Shown here: positions 47,822-56,482 of the stretch, one piece after another
How the letters are laid out: every line of letters begins with the position of its first letter
How positions within the stretch are numbered: the stretch's first letter is position 1
NCBI GenBank assembly: GCA_012270965.1
Contig: JAAXHJ010000082.1
Coordinates: 20,919-84,918 of the forward strand
Length of the DNA stretch: 64,000 nt
Source: Candidatus Palauibacter poriticola
GTDB taxonomy: Bacteria > Gemmatimonadota > Gemmatimonadetes > Palauibacterales > Palauibacteraceae
Reading direction: 5' to 3'
Made by a program: the position numbers and the translations under genes
Notes under the pieces: model-generated
Told to the model about the DNA's origin: nothing
The model's database searches: none
What the model saw: the letters and a program-made list of their open reading frames with translations, nothing else

Positions 47822-49488
47822 CGGGACCACGGAACCTGCCGTCCGATGAGTTCCGAGACCTCGTCCGCGTCGAACGCGTACTCCCGTTCGAGGTGATCGC
47901 GTACCCAGTCCGGCATGGGGACGGGATCCGAAGCATTCACCGGCCTCTCCAACGACTCCGCGTCCGGCGTAACGATGTCCGCCTCGAGGAAGCCCAGAAG
48001 ATCGCGTATCAGGTGCCCGGGACCCTCCCGGATCTCGTCCAAAAAACCAAAGAAGAACTGCTCCTGCGGAAAGTGCCCGAACCACGCCCGCAGACACGTC
48101 GCGTAGTCGCTGCGCCGGCGGACCGGATCGCTGTCGAGGAACGAGACGAGTTCGTCGCGGCTCACGGACTCCAACGGTTTGCCCCGCCACCGCGGAAACC
48201 CGTACCGTGCCTGAGACCACGCGCGCTTGATCGGATCGCGCATCATGAAGATGAGCCTCGCGTCGGGCATCCACTCCGCGACGCGCCGGATGACCGCCGG
48301 TTCGAGAATCGCATATGCGGGCGTAATCTCGCCCCGAATCCGGTCGCCCCCCCCGATGCGGCCGCCCCCCCCGATGCGGCCGCCCCCCCGCACGCGGACG
48401 AAGCGGGCGAGATAGCGGAGGCGATCGATGCGATCCCGCACGGATCCGCTCGCGGCGAGTGGCCCAAGCTTGCGGTCGAAGAAGTGGATTTCCTTCCGGC
48501 CCATCCGAATCTGCGGGTGGTGGGAGAGCTGCGCCGCCACCCAACTCGTGCCCGCTCGTGTGGCGCCGATCCCGAGAAAACGAGGCATCTGGCGCGACAG
48601 AGCGCGTTTGCGCACCGAACGCCCGTCGGGTGGCCGAGGCGGATCGATCGGGTCATCGAGAAAGGTCGAGGGCAGGCGGCGAACCGCGACATCCTCCTGC
48701 TCGCCGCGGAGGCGCTGGAACGTGACCCATTCGCGTCGCTTGCGGGGCGAGGGAAAGTCCATCGTCGACCAGTGATCGAACTCCTCCTCGTCAAGGAACT
48801 TCAACTCGTAGAAGCAGACGGGCGCGAAGTGATGCGTCCGAAGCCAGCGGGGGCGGATGAGCTGTTCCCAATGTTCCCGCTTGTGGAACCTAACGCGATA
48901 GCCGCAGGGGGCGATCCGCACCTCCCGGTTCAACTCTCCGCGCCGCGCCAGAAGTGACCCGTCGGCCGTCCGGTATACCGTCTGGCCGGCGAGCGACCAG
49001 GCCCCGGGCCATCCCCGTCCGAGTCCGGCGAGCAAAGCGTCGAAGGCATGCCGCTGCTCGCCCGCGAGCACCATGTCCGCGTCCCACTTGCAGGCGTACC
49101 GCCGGGTGCAGCGCGACAGGGCCCAGTTCGTGAAGTAGACCAGGGAGTGCAGCGAGTCGGCCGGGGTCTCGTCGTGCTCGGGTCCGAACCGTCCCACCCG
49201 GAAGGGATATGAATGAAGGCGGATGTTTGCGCCCCCGGAGGCGGACCCGCGCACGCGCCGCACGATGTCCGCGGTATCGTCACGACTCCCGTTGTCGATC
49301 ACGTGGATCTCTTCGAACACGGGGAGGATCGAGCGCAGGCAGTGCTCGATCTTCGTCCCCTCGTCCCTCGCCCGCACGAAGGCGCTCGTCCCCGGCGCAC
49401 GATTCCGGCGCGGAAGGGAGAACGCGTACTCCTCGTTCCCCTCCCGGTTTCGAAACTCCATCCGGTGGCGGTACGGTAGGCGCATCAT
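47818..49488 (-). CDS. Bifunctional glycosyltransferase (GT2-like) - sulfotransferase fusion protein
   Basis: The N-terminal roughly 230 aa carry 'VIDNGSRDDTADIVRR', a GT2-like motif. The Gly-rich linker is 'RGGGRIGGGGRIGGGDRIRG'. The C-terminal roughly 250 aa carry 'RFLGIGATRAGTSWVAAQL', the PAPS-binding P-loop of Sulfotransfer_3-type enzymes. Confidence 0.7.
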   Translation of the reverse strand: MMRLPYRHRMEFRNREGNEEYAFSLPRRNRAPGTSAFVRARDEGTKIEHCLRSILPVFEEIHVIDNGSRDDTADIVRRVRGSASGGANIRLHSYPFRVGRFGPEHDETPADSLHSLVYFTNWALSRCTRRYACKWDADMVLAGEQRHAFDALLAGLGRGWPGAWSLAGQTVYRTADGSLLARRGELNREVRIAPCGYRVRFHKREHWEQLIRPRWLRTHHFAPVCFYELKFLDEEEFDHWSTMDFPSPRKRREWVTFQRLRGEQEDVAVRRLPSTFLDDPIDPPRPPDGRSVRKRALSRQMPRFLGIGATRAGTSWVAAQLSHHPQIRMGRKEIHFFDRKLGPLAASGSVRDRIDRLRYLARFVRVRGGGRIGGGGRIGGGDRIRGEITPAYAILEPAVIRRVAEWMPDARLIFMMRDPIKRAWSQARYGFPRWRGKPLESVSRDELVSFLDSDPVRRRSDYATCLRAWFGHFPQEQFFFGFLDEIREGPGHLIRDLLGFLEADIVTPDAESLERPVNASDPVPMPDWVRDHLEREYAFDADEVSELIGRQVPWSR

Positions 49489-49622
49489 GTCGGCAAGCTA
49501 CGGCCGCCCCTTCCTCGGGTCAGCCCGCGATCGGATGCTTCCCTTTCGGCTCGCGTCGGCTTAGCCTTCGTGCATGGACGTTACGAATCCCGCTGAGCGG
49601 ACCAACGGGAAGAGGGGAACCG

Positions 49623-50663
49623 TTGCAGCTTTCTGCCATTAGTCTATTCGCCGGTGCCGGCGGCTTGGACCTGGGGGCCCATCAAGCCGGCTTCAGGACG
49701 ATCTGCGCCGTGGAATTGGATCGCCATTGCGCGTCAACGCTGCGGAAGAACCTTCGCCGCAGCGCGATCTGGCAGGTAGACGTTCGTGCACTAGACCCTC
49801 GCCTTGCGGTCGACGCCCTCGGCGTTAAGCCCGGAACGCTAGTGCTGCTACATGGCGGGCCACCCCGCCAACCCTTCAGTCAGATTGGCAAGCAGCTCGG
49901 CGTTGACGACCCACGGGGGCGTCTGATCTTTGAAATGGTTCGCTTTGCAGAGGCCCTACGGCCCGCCGCCGTGTTGATCGAGCAGGTACCGCGGTTCCTG
50001 CAGGCGAACGGCTCTCGGGCGCGGAACATGCAGGATGTGCTACGGGAGCAATTCTCGGCCATCGGTTATGATTATCACGCCGGGATTCTGGACGCCACGC
50101 TGTACGGCGTTCCGCAGCGCCGCAAGCGTGCGATCATTGTCTGCGTACCCGCGGGAACCAGGTTTCACTTTAGCCAGCCCATCTTTCGCGCGACGCCAAC
50201 CGTCGGCGACGCCATCGGCGATCTCCCGCCCGCCGTGCCCAAGGGCGAACCCCCCTTGGCTCCGAATCATGTGGTCGTTACGCCCCTCCGTGATCGAGAG
50301 CGGATTTCGTACGTTCCCGAGGGCGGGTGGCTCTCGAAGGTTCTCGATGCGCCTCCCGACATACGGCGTCGCTTGACCAAGAAGGACACGACCAAGTTCC
50401 GCCGCCTTGACCGAAATCTCCCATCCCTCACCCTTCGGTGCGGCGAGGCCTTGTATCACCCCACCGAGGACCGCTACCTGACTCCACGCGAAGCGGCGCG
50501 GATTCAGGGCCTCCCGGACAGCCACATCTTCGTCGGTCCTCTCCGGCGCCGAACTGGCACCGTGCCCGACCTGGATCAGCACCGGCAGGTCGCCAACGCC
50601 GTACCGCCTCCCTTAGCCAAGAGTGCGGTGGCCGACATCAGGAAGGCTCTGTGCCTCGGGTAG
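49623..50663 (+). CDS. DNA (cytosine-5)-methyltransferase homolog with catalytic Cys replaced by Arg
   Basis: The TTG start follows a GAGGGG RBS. Motif I is 'LFAGAGGLDLG' and motif VIII is 'QRRKR'; motifs IX/X are present ('GNAVPPPLA'). Motif IV reads 'GGPPRQPFS' (codon cgc) instead of 'GGPPCQGFS'. Motif VI reads 'EQV' rather than 'ENV'. Confidence 0.75.
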   Translation: MQLSAISLFAGAGGLDLGAHQAGFRTICAVELDRHCASTLRKNLRRSAIWQVDVRALDPRLAVDALGVKPGTLVLLHGGPPRQPFSQIGKQLGVDDPRGRLIFEMVRFAEALRPAAVLIEQVPRFLQANGSRARNMQDVLREQFSAIGYDYHAGILDATLYGVPQRRKRAIIVCVPAGTRFHFSQPIFRATPTVGDAIGDLPPAVPKGEPPLAPNHVVVTPLRDRERISYVPEGGWLSKVLDAPPDIRRRLTKKDTTKFRRLDRNLPSLTLRCGEALYHPTEDRYLTPREAARIQGLPDSHIFVGPLRRRTGTVPDLDQHRQVANAVPPPLAKSAVADIRKALCLG

Positions 50664-50677
50664 CGGAACTGTTTGGC

Positions 50678-51241
50678 ATGCGACTCGGCGAAGCCGGCTC
50701 GGTGCGGGATCACGTGTGGACGGCACCGTGTCCCCATCGTCGGGAACAGTGCAATGGCGGCGGCAACCGGAATATGGCAAGGTGGCCAGCCATCGAGCAG
50801 CCCTTGGCTCCCCTGTTCGATGCGTCCGTCGGCATCAACTCGAACGGTTTCATCCCATGCGGTGTCTGTTCGGTTCGCGTGGGTGGGGAGGTGTGGGCGA
50901 GAATGGCGTCGCAGCTGATCGTGAAATCCGAGATGGCAAACGCGTGGGGAGGCCGCACGATTTGGGTAATCCAGCATCAATTGGCGGATTACATTCGGAA
51001 AAGCACGGGCTTGAGGCTGGACGCATTGCGGAAGGCGAGTTGGGTTTCAGATGAGGTGAACGTAGTATCCGCCAGCTTGGACGAGCCGAACGACATCAGA
51101 CTATACGCGGGGCGTATTGGCGAAGTGACGGAGGAGGCCGTGTGGTGGGAGTTGGTGAGGTCACCGGGTCTTCCAAGCGTGGAGGTCCTGGAGCGGAGAC
51201 TCTCGGAGCGGGTGCGCAAGACGAGGCTGAGAGTGCGATGA
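50678..51241 (+). CDS. Hypothetical Cys-rich protein downstream of the MTase homolog
   Basis: 188 aa protein with 'CPHRREQC' and 'PCGVC', giving four Cys as a possible zinc site. No confident family assignment was made. The stop overlaps the rhodanese gene start (ATGATGA). Confidence 0.45.
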   Translation: MRLGEAGSVRDHVWTAPCPHRREQCNGGGNRNMARWPAIEQPLAPLFDASVGINSNGFIPCGVCSVRVGGEVWARMASQLIVKSEMANAWGGRTIWVIQHQLADYIRKSTGLRLDALRKASWVSDEVNVVSASLDEPNDIRLYAGRIGEVTEEAVWWELVRSPGLPSVEVLERRLSERVRKTRLRVR

Positions 51242-52167
51242 TGACGGTACCCGGTGCGGCGTGTGGGAGGCGGGGGCTGTGGGCCGCAGCGGCGCTTCCG
51301 ATATTGGCTCTTGCCCTTCAGGCGTGCGGCGGCGGGCAGGCGAATCCGGGCGTGCTGGTGAGCGCCGACTGGCTGGTTGAACACCGCGATGACCCCGGCG
51401 TCCTCGTCCTGCATGTGGGAATGAACCGCAGGGGGCCGCTCGAGGAATACGTGCGGGGAGCGCGCTTTCTCGAGTACCACGACATCGCTGTCGAGCGGAA
51501 CGATCTCATCACGGAACTCGCGCCGGTCGAGGATCTCGTCGAGGCGTTCCGCGCCGTCGGCGTCTCGAACGACCGGCGGGTTGTCGTCGTGGGAGACCCG
51601 GGTCATGTGGCGGCCCGCGTCTTCATGACCCTCGACTACCTGGGCCACGGCGAGCGCACGTCCGTGCTCGACGGGGGGCTCGCGGCGTGGAAGGCGGCCG
51701 GCGGTGAGGTCTCGCCCGAGCCCGTGACGCCGACGCGCGCCGGCTTCGAAGCCGAGGTGCGGGAGGACATGCTCGTGACCGCGGAGTGGATCCGCGAGCG
51801 GCTCGACGACCCGGACGTGACGCTCATCGATGCCCGGCCCGAGGACGAGTACACGGGGGAGCGCCCGGGACGGGATTTCCTGCGCGGGGGCCACATCCCC
51901 GGGGCCTACAACCTCTACTGGCAGGACCTGACGCGGCAAGAGATCCCCACGCTGGTGGACTTGGCCGAAGTGCGGGCGCGCTTCGACGCAGCCGGGGCAA
52001 CGCCGGACGGGATCGTCGTCAACTACTGCCTCATCGGCATGCGGGCGAGCTACACGTACATGATATCGAGGCACTTGGGTTACGATGCGAAGTTCTACGA
52101 CGCCTCATGGAACGAATGGGGCCGAAGGGACGACCTCCCGCTCGTCACGGGCCGGGAGCGCGGGTAG
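51238..52167 (+). CDS. Thiosulfate/3-mercaptopyruvate sulfurtransferase (two rhodanese domains), lipoprotein
   Basis: The lipobox 'LALQACGGG' precedes tandem rhodanese domains. The second domain carries the active-site Cys in 'VVNYCLIGMRAS'. Confidence 0.85.
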   Translation: MMTVPGAACGRRGLWAAAALPILALALQACGGGQANPGVLVSADWLVEHRDDPGVLVLHVGMNRRGPLEEYVRGARFLEYHDIAVERNDLITELAPVEDLVEAFRAVGVSNDRRVVVVGDPGHVAARVFMTLDYLGHGERTSVLDGGLAAWKAAGGEVSPEPVTPTRAGFEAEVREDMLVTAEWIRERLDDPDVTLIDARPEDEYTGERPGRDFLRGGHIPGAYNLYWQDLTRQEIPTLVDLAEVRARFDAAGATPDGIVVNYCLIGMRASYTYMISRHLGYDAKFYDASWNEWGRRDDLPLVTGRERG

Positions 52168-52203
52168 TTTCTGGAGATCGCTGGATCCGCTGGAGGTTGT
52201 GAC

Positions 52204-53766
52204 ATGAAGACCGTATCCGGAGTACTTGGCCTGATCCTCATCGCCGCCATCACGGTTCTGATCATCGGCGGTACCGACCGCAGCGAGGCCGGAGCCGCCG
52301 AGGCGCCGCCGGCCGAGCCGCGGGTCGAGGCGTTGCCGGCTGCGGCCCCCACGACCTCGGCCGTCGTGTCTCTCGTCTCGCCGGCCCCGCACTCGATCGA
52401 GGCCGGTCCGGAGTCGCCGGTCGAACTGGTGCTCGTGGAGCCGCTCGATCCGGGCGGGTTCGATCCGGCGGCGCTGTCCGTCTTCGGCCGCTGGAGCGGT
52501 GTGATGACTGGCTCCGTGCATCTATCGGACGATGGCCGGCGCATCCGCTTCGAACCCGGCGAAGCCTTCCACGCCGGCGAATCGGTCACGGCTTCGCTGC
52601 GCGCCGGGGAGAAACTCGCGGATGGCGGCGCCATGGAGACGGGTTTCGCGTGGAACTTCTGGATCCGCCCCCAGGCGGGCTCGCTCGACATGATCGACCG
52701 AGGCTCGCGGATCGTGCTCGACGACGGTGAGAAGCACGTCCAGCCATACGGGGCCTACGCCGGCGACTTCAACGGCGACGGCTATCCCGACATCGCGATC
52801 CCCAACGAAGTCACGGCGGACGTCCGCGTGATGTTCAACGACGGGAAGGGGGACTACAACGAATTCCGCGTCCTCGACATCCCCGGCGGGAGTTGGCCGA
52901 GCCCCAACGAGGGCGCGGACTTCAACGGCGACGGCCTCACCGACTTCGCGGTCGGGAACGCGGGGAACGATCTCGTGTCCGTCTTCCTCGCCGACGGGAA
53001 CGGCTGGTTCGAGCTGGGGAGCAACATCGAGTCCGGACGGAACGTCCGCGGCGTGTGCGTCGGCGACTTCGACCAGGACGGGTGGGCGGATTTGGCGGCG
53101 GTGAACATGTCCGTCGGACCTGAGGAATCGCGCGGCAACGTCGCGATGCTCCTCAACAACGCCGATGGCACCGGAGACCTGACGCGAACCTCGGAGATCG
53201 CCTCGCCGGGCCAGGGCGAGAAGACGTGCGCGGCGGCCGATGTGAACAACGACGGCCTGCCCGACCTGCTGGTCGGAGCCTACTTCACCGACGAAGTGCT
53301 CACCTACCTGGGAGACGGGCGCGGCAACTTGGAGTTGGGCACGCGGGTGCGCGCCGGCGGCAAGCCGTGGATGATCGTGGCGGGCGACGTGAACGGCGAC
53401 GGGAACGTGGACGTGATGTCCGCGAACCGTGAAGGGAACAACGTGGCCGTCCTCCTCGGCGATGGCGCGGGCGGCTTCGCGGATCCCGTCGAGTACGATA
53501 CGGGCGACTCGCCGCTGGCGGTCGACGTGGGCGACATCGACGGCGACGGCGATCTCGACGTCGTCACCAGCGACTTCGATGGCAACAGCTTCACCGTGCA
53601 TGAGAACGCCGGCGACGGCACGTTCGTGAACCCCCGGTCGTACGCGGCGAGCACGAACGGCTCGTGCGTCGTCATTCATGATCGCGACCTGGATGGGGAC
53701 CTCGACCTCACCGGCGTGGATGAGACGGACGACAAGATCTTCCTCCTGGAGAACCCCGGCCGGTGA
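52204..53766 (+). CDS. FG-GAP/VCBS repeat protein with N-terminal signal anchor
   Basis: A GGAGG RBS is present. 'FNGDGYPDIA', 'FNGDGLTDFA', 'DFDQDGWADL', 'DVNNDGLPDL', 'DVNGDGNVDV', 'DIDGDGDLDV' and 'DRDLDGDLDL' make seven FG-GAP blades. Confidence 0.75.
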   Translation: MKTVSGVLGLILIAAITVLIIGGTDRSEAGAAEAPPAEPRVEALPAAAPTTSAVVSLVSPAPHSIEAGPESPVELVLVEPLDPGGFDPAALSVFGRWSGVMTGSVHLSDDGRRIRFEPGEAFHAGESVTASLRAGEKLADGGAMETGFAWNFWIRPQAGSLDMIDRGSRIVLDDGEKHVQPYGAYAGDFNGDGYPDIAIPNEVTADVRVMFNDGKGDYNEFRVLDIPGGSWPSPNEGADFNGDGLTDFAVGNAGNDLVSVFLADGNGWFELGSNIESGRNVRGVCVGDFDQDGWADLAAVNMSVGPEESRGNVAMLLNNADGTGDLTRTSEIASPGQGEKTCAAADVNNDGLPDLLVGAYFTDEVLTYLGDGRGNLELGTRVRAGGKPWMIVAGDVNGDGNVDVMSANREGNNVAVLLGDGAGGFADPVEYDTGDSPLAVDVGDIDGDGDLDVVTSDFDGNSFTVHENAGDGTFVNPRSYAASTNGSCVVIHDRDLDGDLDLTGVDETDDKIFLLENPGR

Positions 53767-53813
53767 CCAGGAAGTTGAAGTCCCGGAAGTCAAAGTCCCG
53801 GAAGTCAAAGTCC

Positions 53814-54206
53814 ATGAGGTCGAAGGAGGAGTGGCGGGAGGCGCTCCCCGAGCAGGCCTACAAGGTCCTGTTCGAGCAAGCGACCGAACGCGCGGGGACG
53901 AGTCCGCTGAACGAGGAGAAGCGTCCCGGCACCTTCCAGTGCGCGGCGTGCGGAGAGGCGCTGTTCACGACCGACATGAAGTACGACAGCGGCACGGGGT
54001 GGCCGAGCTTCTTCGAGAGCCTCCCCGGCACGCTGGAGACAAAGCGCGACTTCAAGCTCATCCTGCCGCGCACCGAATACCACTGCGCCCGCTGCGGCGG
54101 ACACCACGGCCACGTCTTCAACGACGGGCCGGAGCCGACGGGCAAACGGTACTGCAACAACGGCGTCGCCCTCCGGTTCATCCCGGACGACGACCCGGAC
54201 GGCTGA
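53814..54206 (+). CDS. msrB: Peptide-methionine (R)-S-oxide reductase MsrB
   Basis: 'CAACGEALF', 'GWPSF', 'HCARCGGHHGHVFNDGP' and 'RYCNNG' are the SelR zinc and catalytic motifs. A GTG at 53763 that overlaps the upstream stop would add a Lys/Ser-rich N-terminus 'MTRKLKSRKSKSRKSKS'. Confidence 0.9.
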   Translation: MRSKEEWREALPEQAYKVLFEQATERAGTSPLNEEKRPGTFQCAACGEALFTTDMKYDSGTGWPSFFESLPGTLETKRDFKLILPRTEYHCARCGGHHGHVFNDGPEPTGKRYCNNGVALRFIPDDDPDG

Positions 54207-54238
54207 TCCGACATTCGGCGGGGGCGCTAACGGCGGGA

Positions 54239-56482
54239 GTGTTCGGCCTGCTCGCCGCGGTGCCCGGAGCGAAGGGCCAGCTTCCGGGCTCCAGCGGTGC
54301 CTGCGAAGCGCGGGCCGCGGAGACTCGCGCCGCCGGGGCGGCGGGTGCGCTCACGGACACGCCGTCGGGCCGGGTGGCGGCCGACCTCCATTGCATCAGT
54401 CTCTTCTCCACGGCGCGGGGCGGCGACGCGGAGGGGTTCGTCGAACTCGGCCGGGTGCCGTCGCCGTTCGGCGTGACGGTGACGCCGTCCGGCCACCACG
54501 TCCGCGCGTTGACCGTCCACATCGAGGGCCTCCCGCCGCCCTCCAGCCTAGGGCCATACACGGCCTACATGGCGTGGGCGACGCCGCTCGAACTGGCGCC
54601 CGTGGTGCCGCTGGGCCCGGTCGGGAACGGCGAGCACCGGCTGGGGCGCGTCGCGTTCAACAAGTTCCTCGTGATGGTCAGCGCGGAGGTGTCGGCCGGC
54701 GTGGCGACGCGCGAGGGACCGCTCGTGCTGCGCGGGCGCTCGCCGTCCGCGCTCATGGAGGCGCACGATCTCCTGGCCCTCGCGCCGTCGGCGACGCGGC
54801 GCGCGGCCGAGCGGGCCCCGAGCCGCTGGGAGGCGCCGCCCGCGTACCCCGGCATCGCCATGCTGCCCGGCGTGATGGACCTCGAACCGCGTGCCCGCCC
54901 CGCAAGCCTCGAAAGCGCGGCCGACCCGCCCCCGTGGGAGTCGCTCCCCGAAGCCGCCGAGCGTCGGCTCGTCGATCTCCCCGACGGTGGCACGCTCGAC
55001 CTCGAGGCGACCATCGTCCGGCGCGAAATCGACGGCCGCCGCCTCGCCATGCTCGCCTACAACGGCCAGCATCCCGGACCCCTCATCCGGGTTCCGGAGA
55101 AATCCACCATCTTCGTGAACTTCACGAACCGCACGCCGTACCCGACGGCGGTGCACTGGCACGGCATCCGGCTCGCCAACGAGTTCGACGGCGTCCCCGG
55201 CCTCACCCAGGATCCCGTCGCCCCCGGCGAGTCCTTCCAGTACCGGATCTTCTTCCGGGACCCGGGCATCTACTGGTACCACCCGCACCACCGCGAGGAC
55301 GTGCAGCAGGAACTCGGCCTGTACGGGAACCTCCTCGTCGACCCCGCCGACGCCGGCTACTACGGGCCCGCGACCCGCGAGGAAGTCCTCATGCTCGACG
55401 ACATCCTCTTGGACGAGGAAGGGCTCGTGGACTTCGGGGACGAATCGGCGAACTACATGCTGATGGGCCGGTTCGGGAACCTGGCCCTCGTCAACGGCGA
55501 GCCGGGTTACGAACTGGAAGTCGACTGCGGAGAGGTCGTCCGCTTCCACCTCACGAACGCCTCCAACACGCGCACCTTCAACCTCTCCTTCGTGGACACG
55601 GAACGCGGCGGGCTTCCCGATCCCGACCAGCGCGTCGCCGATCGCGATGCGGCGGACCCGAATCGTCTTCCCCTCAAAGTCGTCGCGTCGGACGTGGGCC
55701 GCTTCGAGCGCGAGGAGTGGGTCCGAAGCGTGGTCCTGGCTCCCGCGGAGCGCTACGTGATCGACGTCCGCTTCGACCGCCCCGGCCGGCACGCGCTCGT
55801 CAACCACGTACAGGGGATCAACCACCGGCAGGGCGTCTTCCGCGCCGAACTCCGGACGCTGGGGAGCGTGACGGTCGCGCCCCGGGACGCGGCCCATGCC
55901 CACGGAGACGCGTTCGAGACGTTGCGCGAACATGCGGACGTCATCGCGGACATCGACCGCTACCGGCCGCGCTTCGGCGACGAGCCCGACCACGAACTCG
56001 TGATGACGCTCGAGACCGAAGATCTCCCGCTCCCCATCGAACGCTCCATGGCCTACGACTGGGTCTACTTCAATCCCGTGGAATGGACCGGGACCATGCC
56101 GCGCATGAACTGGGCCACGACGGGGAGCGAGATCCGCTGGATCCTCAGGGAAACGGCCACCGGGCGGGAAAACGAGGAGATCGAGTGGGATTTCATGGTC
56201 GGGGACGTGGTGAAGATCCGCGTCATCAACGACCGGGGCGCCTTCCACGCGATGCAGCACCCGCTCCACATCCACGGGCAGCGCTTCCTCGTACTGTCGC
56301 AGAACGGCGTGCCGAACTCGAACCTGGTGTGGAAGGACACGGTCCTGCTGCCGGCCGCATCGACGACGGACATCCTGCTGGAGCTGTCGAACCCCGGCCG
56401 CTGGATGATCCACTGCCACATCGCGGAACACCTCGAAGCCGGGATGAGGATGGTGATGAACGTCACCGAGGCCCCGCCGTGA
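54239..56482 (+). CDS. Multicopper oxidase (laccase-like, three cupredoxin domains) with a ~250 aa N-terminal extension
   Basis: The copper-ligand motifs 'HWHG', 'WYHPH', 'HPLHIHG' and 'HCHIAEH' are present. The start is uncertain; the GTG at 54239 is the first candidate after the msrB stop. Confidence 0.8.
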   Translation: MFGLLAAVPGAKGQLPGSSGACEARAAETRAAGAAGALTDTPSGRVAADLHCISLFSTARGGDAEGFVELGRVPSPFGVTVTPSGHHVRALTVHIEGLPPPSSLGPYTAYMAWATPLELAPVVPLGPVGNGEHRLGRVAFNKFLVMVSAEVSAGVATREGPLVLRGRSPSALMEAHDLLALAPSATRRAAERAPSRWEAPPAYPGIAMLPGVMDLEPRARPASLESAADPPPWESLPEAAERRLVDLPDGGTLDLEATIVRREIDGRRLAMLAYNGQHPGPLIRVPEKSTIFVNFTNRTPYPTAVHWHGIRLANEFDGVPGLTQDPVAPGESFQYRIFFRDPGIYWYHPHHREDVQQELGLYGNLLVDPADAGYYGPATREEVLMLDDILLDEEGLVDFGDESANYMLMGRFGNLALVNGEPGYELEVDCGEVVRFHLTNASNTRTFNLSFVDTERGGLPDPDQRVADRDAADPNRLPLKVVASDVGRFEREEWVRSVVLAPAERYVIDVRFDRPGRHALVNHVQGINHRQGVFRAELRTLGSVTVAPRDAAHAHGDAFETLREHADVIADIDRYRPRFGDEPDHELVMTLETEDLPLPIERSMAYDWVYFNPVEWTGTMPRMNWATTGSEIRWILRETATGRENEEIEWDFMVGDVVKIRVINDRGAFHAMQHPLHIHGQRFLVLSQNGVPNSNLVWKDTVLLPAASTTDILLELSNPGRWMIHCHIAEHLEAGMRMVMNVTEAPP

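Noticed and set aside
47822-48544. N-terminal 240 codons of the listed sulfotransferase ORF (46796..48544)
   Set aside because: They would overlap the well-supported GT2-sulfotransferase fusion gene. A GTG at 47821 overlapping its stop (GTGA) gives a normal-length SULT-type enzyme.
49576-49592. tRNA-like T-loop resemblance ('GTTACGAATCC')
   Set aside because: No matching acceptor stem, D-arm or anticodon arm could be folded from the flanking sequence. It lies in the 5' region of the MTase-like gene.
49623-51241. Classic Type II restriction-modification pair (MTase plus REase)
   Set aside because: The MTase homolog lacks its catalytic Cys, and the downstream 188 aa protein shows no PD-(D/E)xK or other recognisable REase motif that I can verify. 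It is kept only as an open possibility in the findings.
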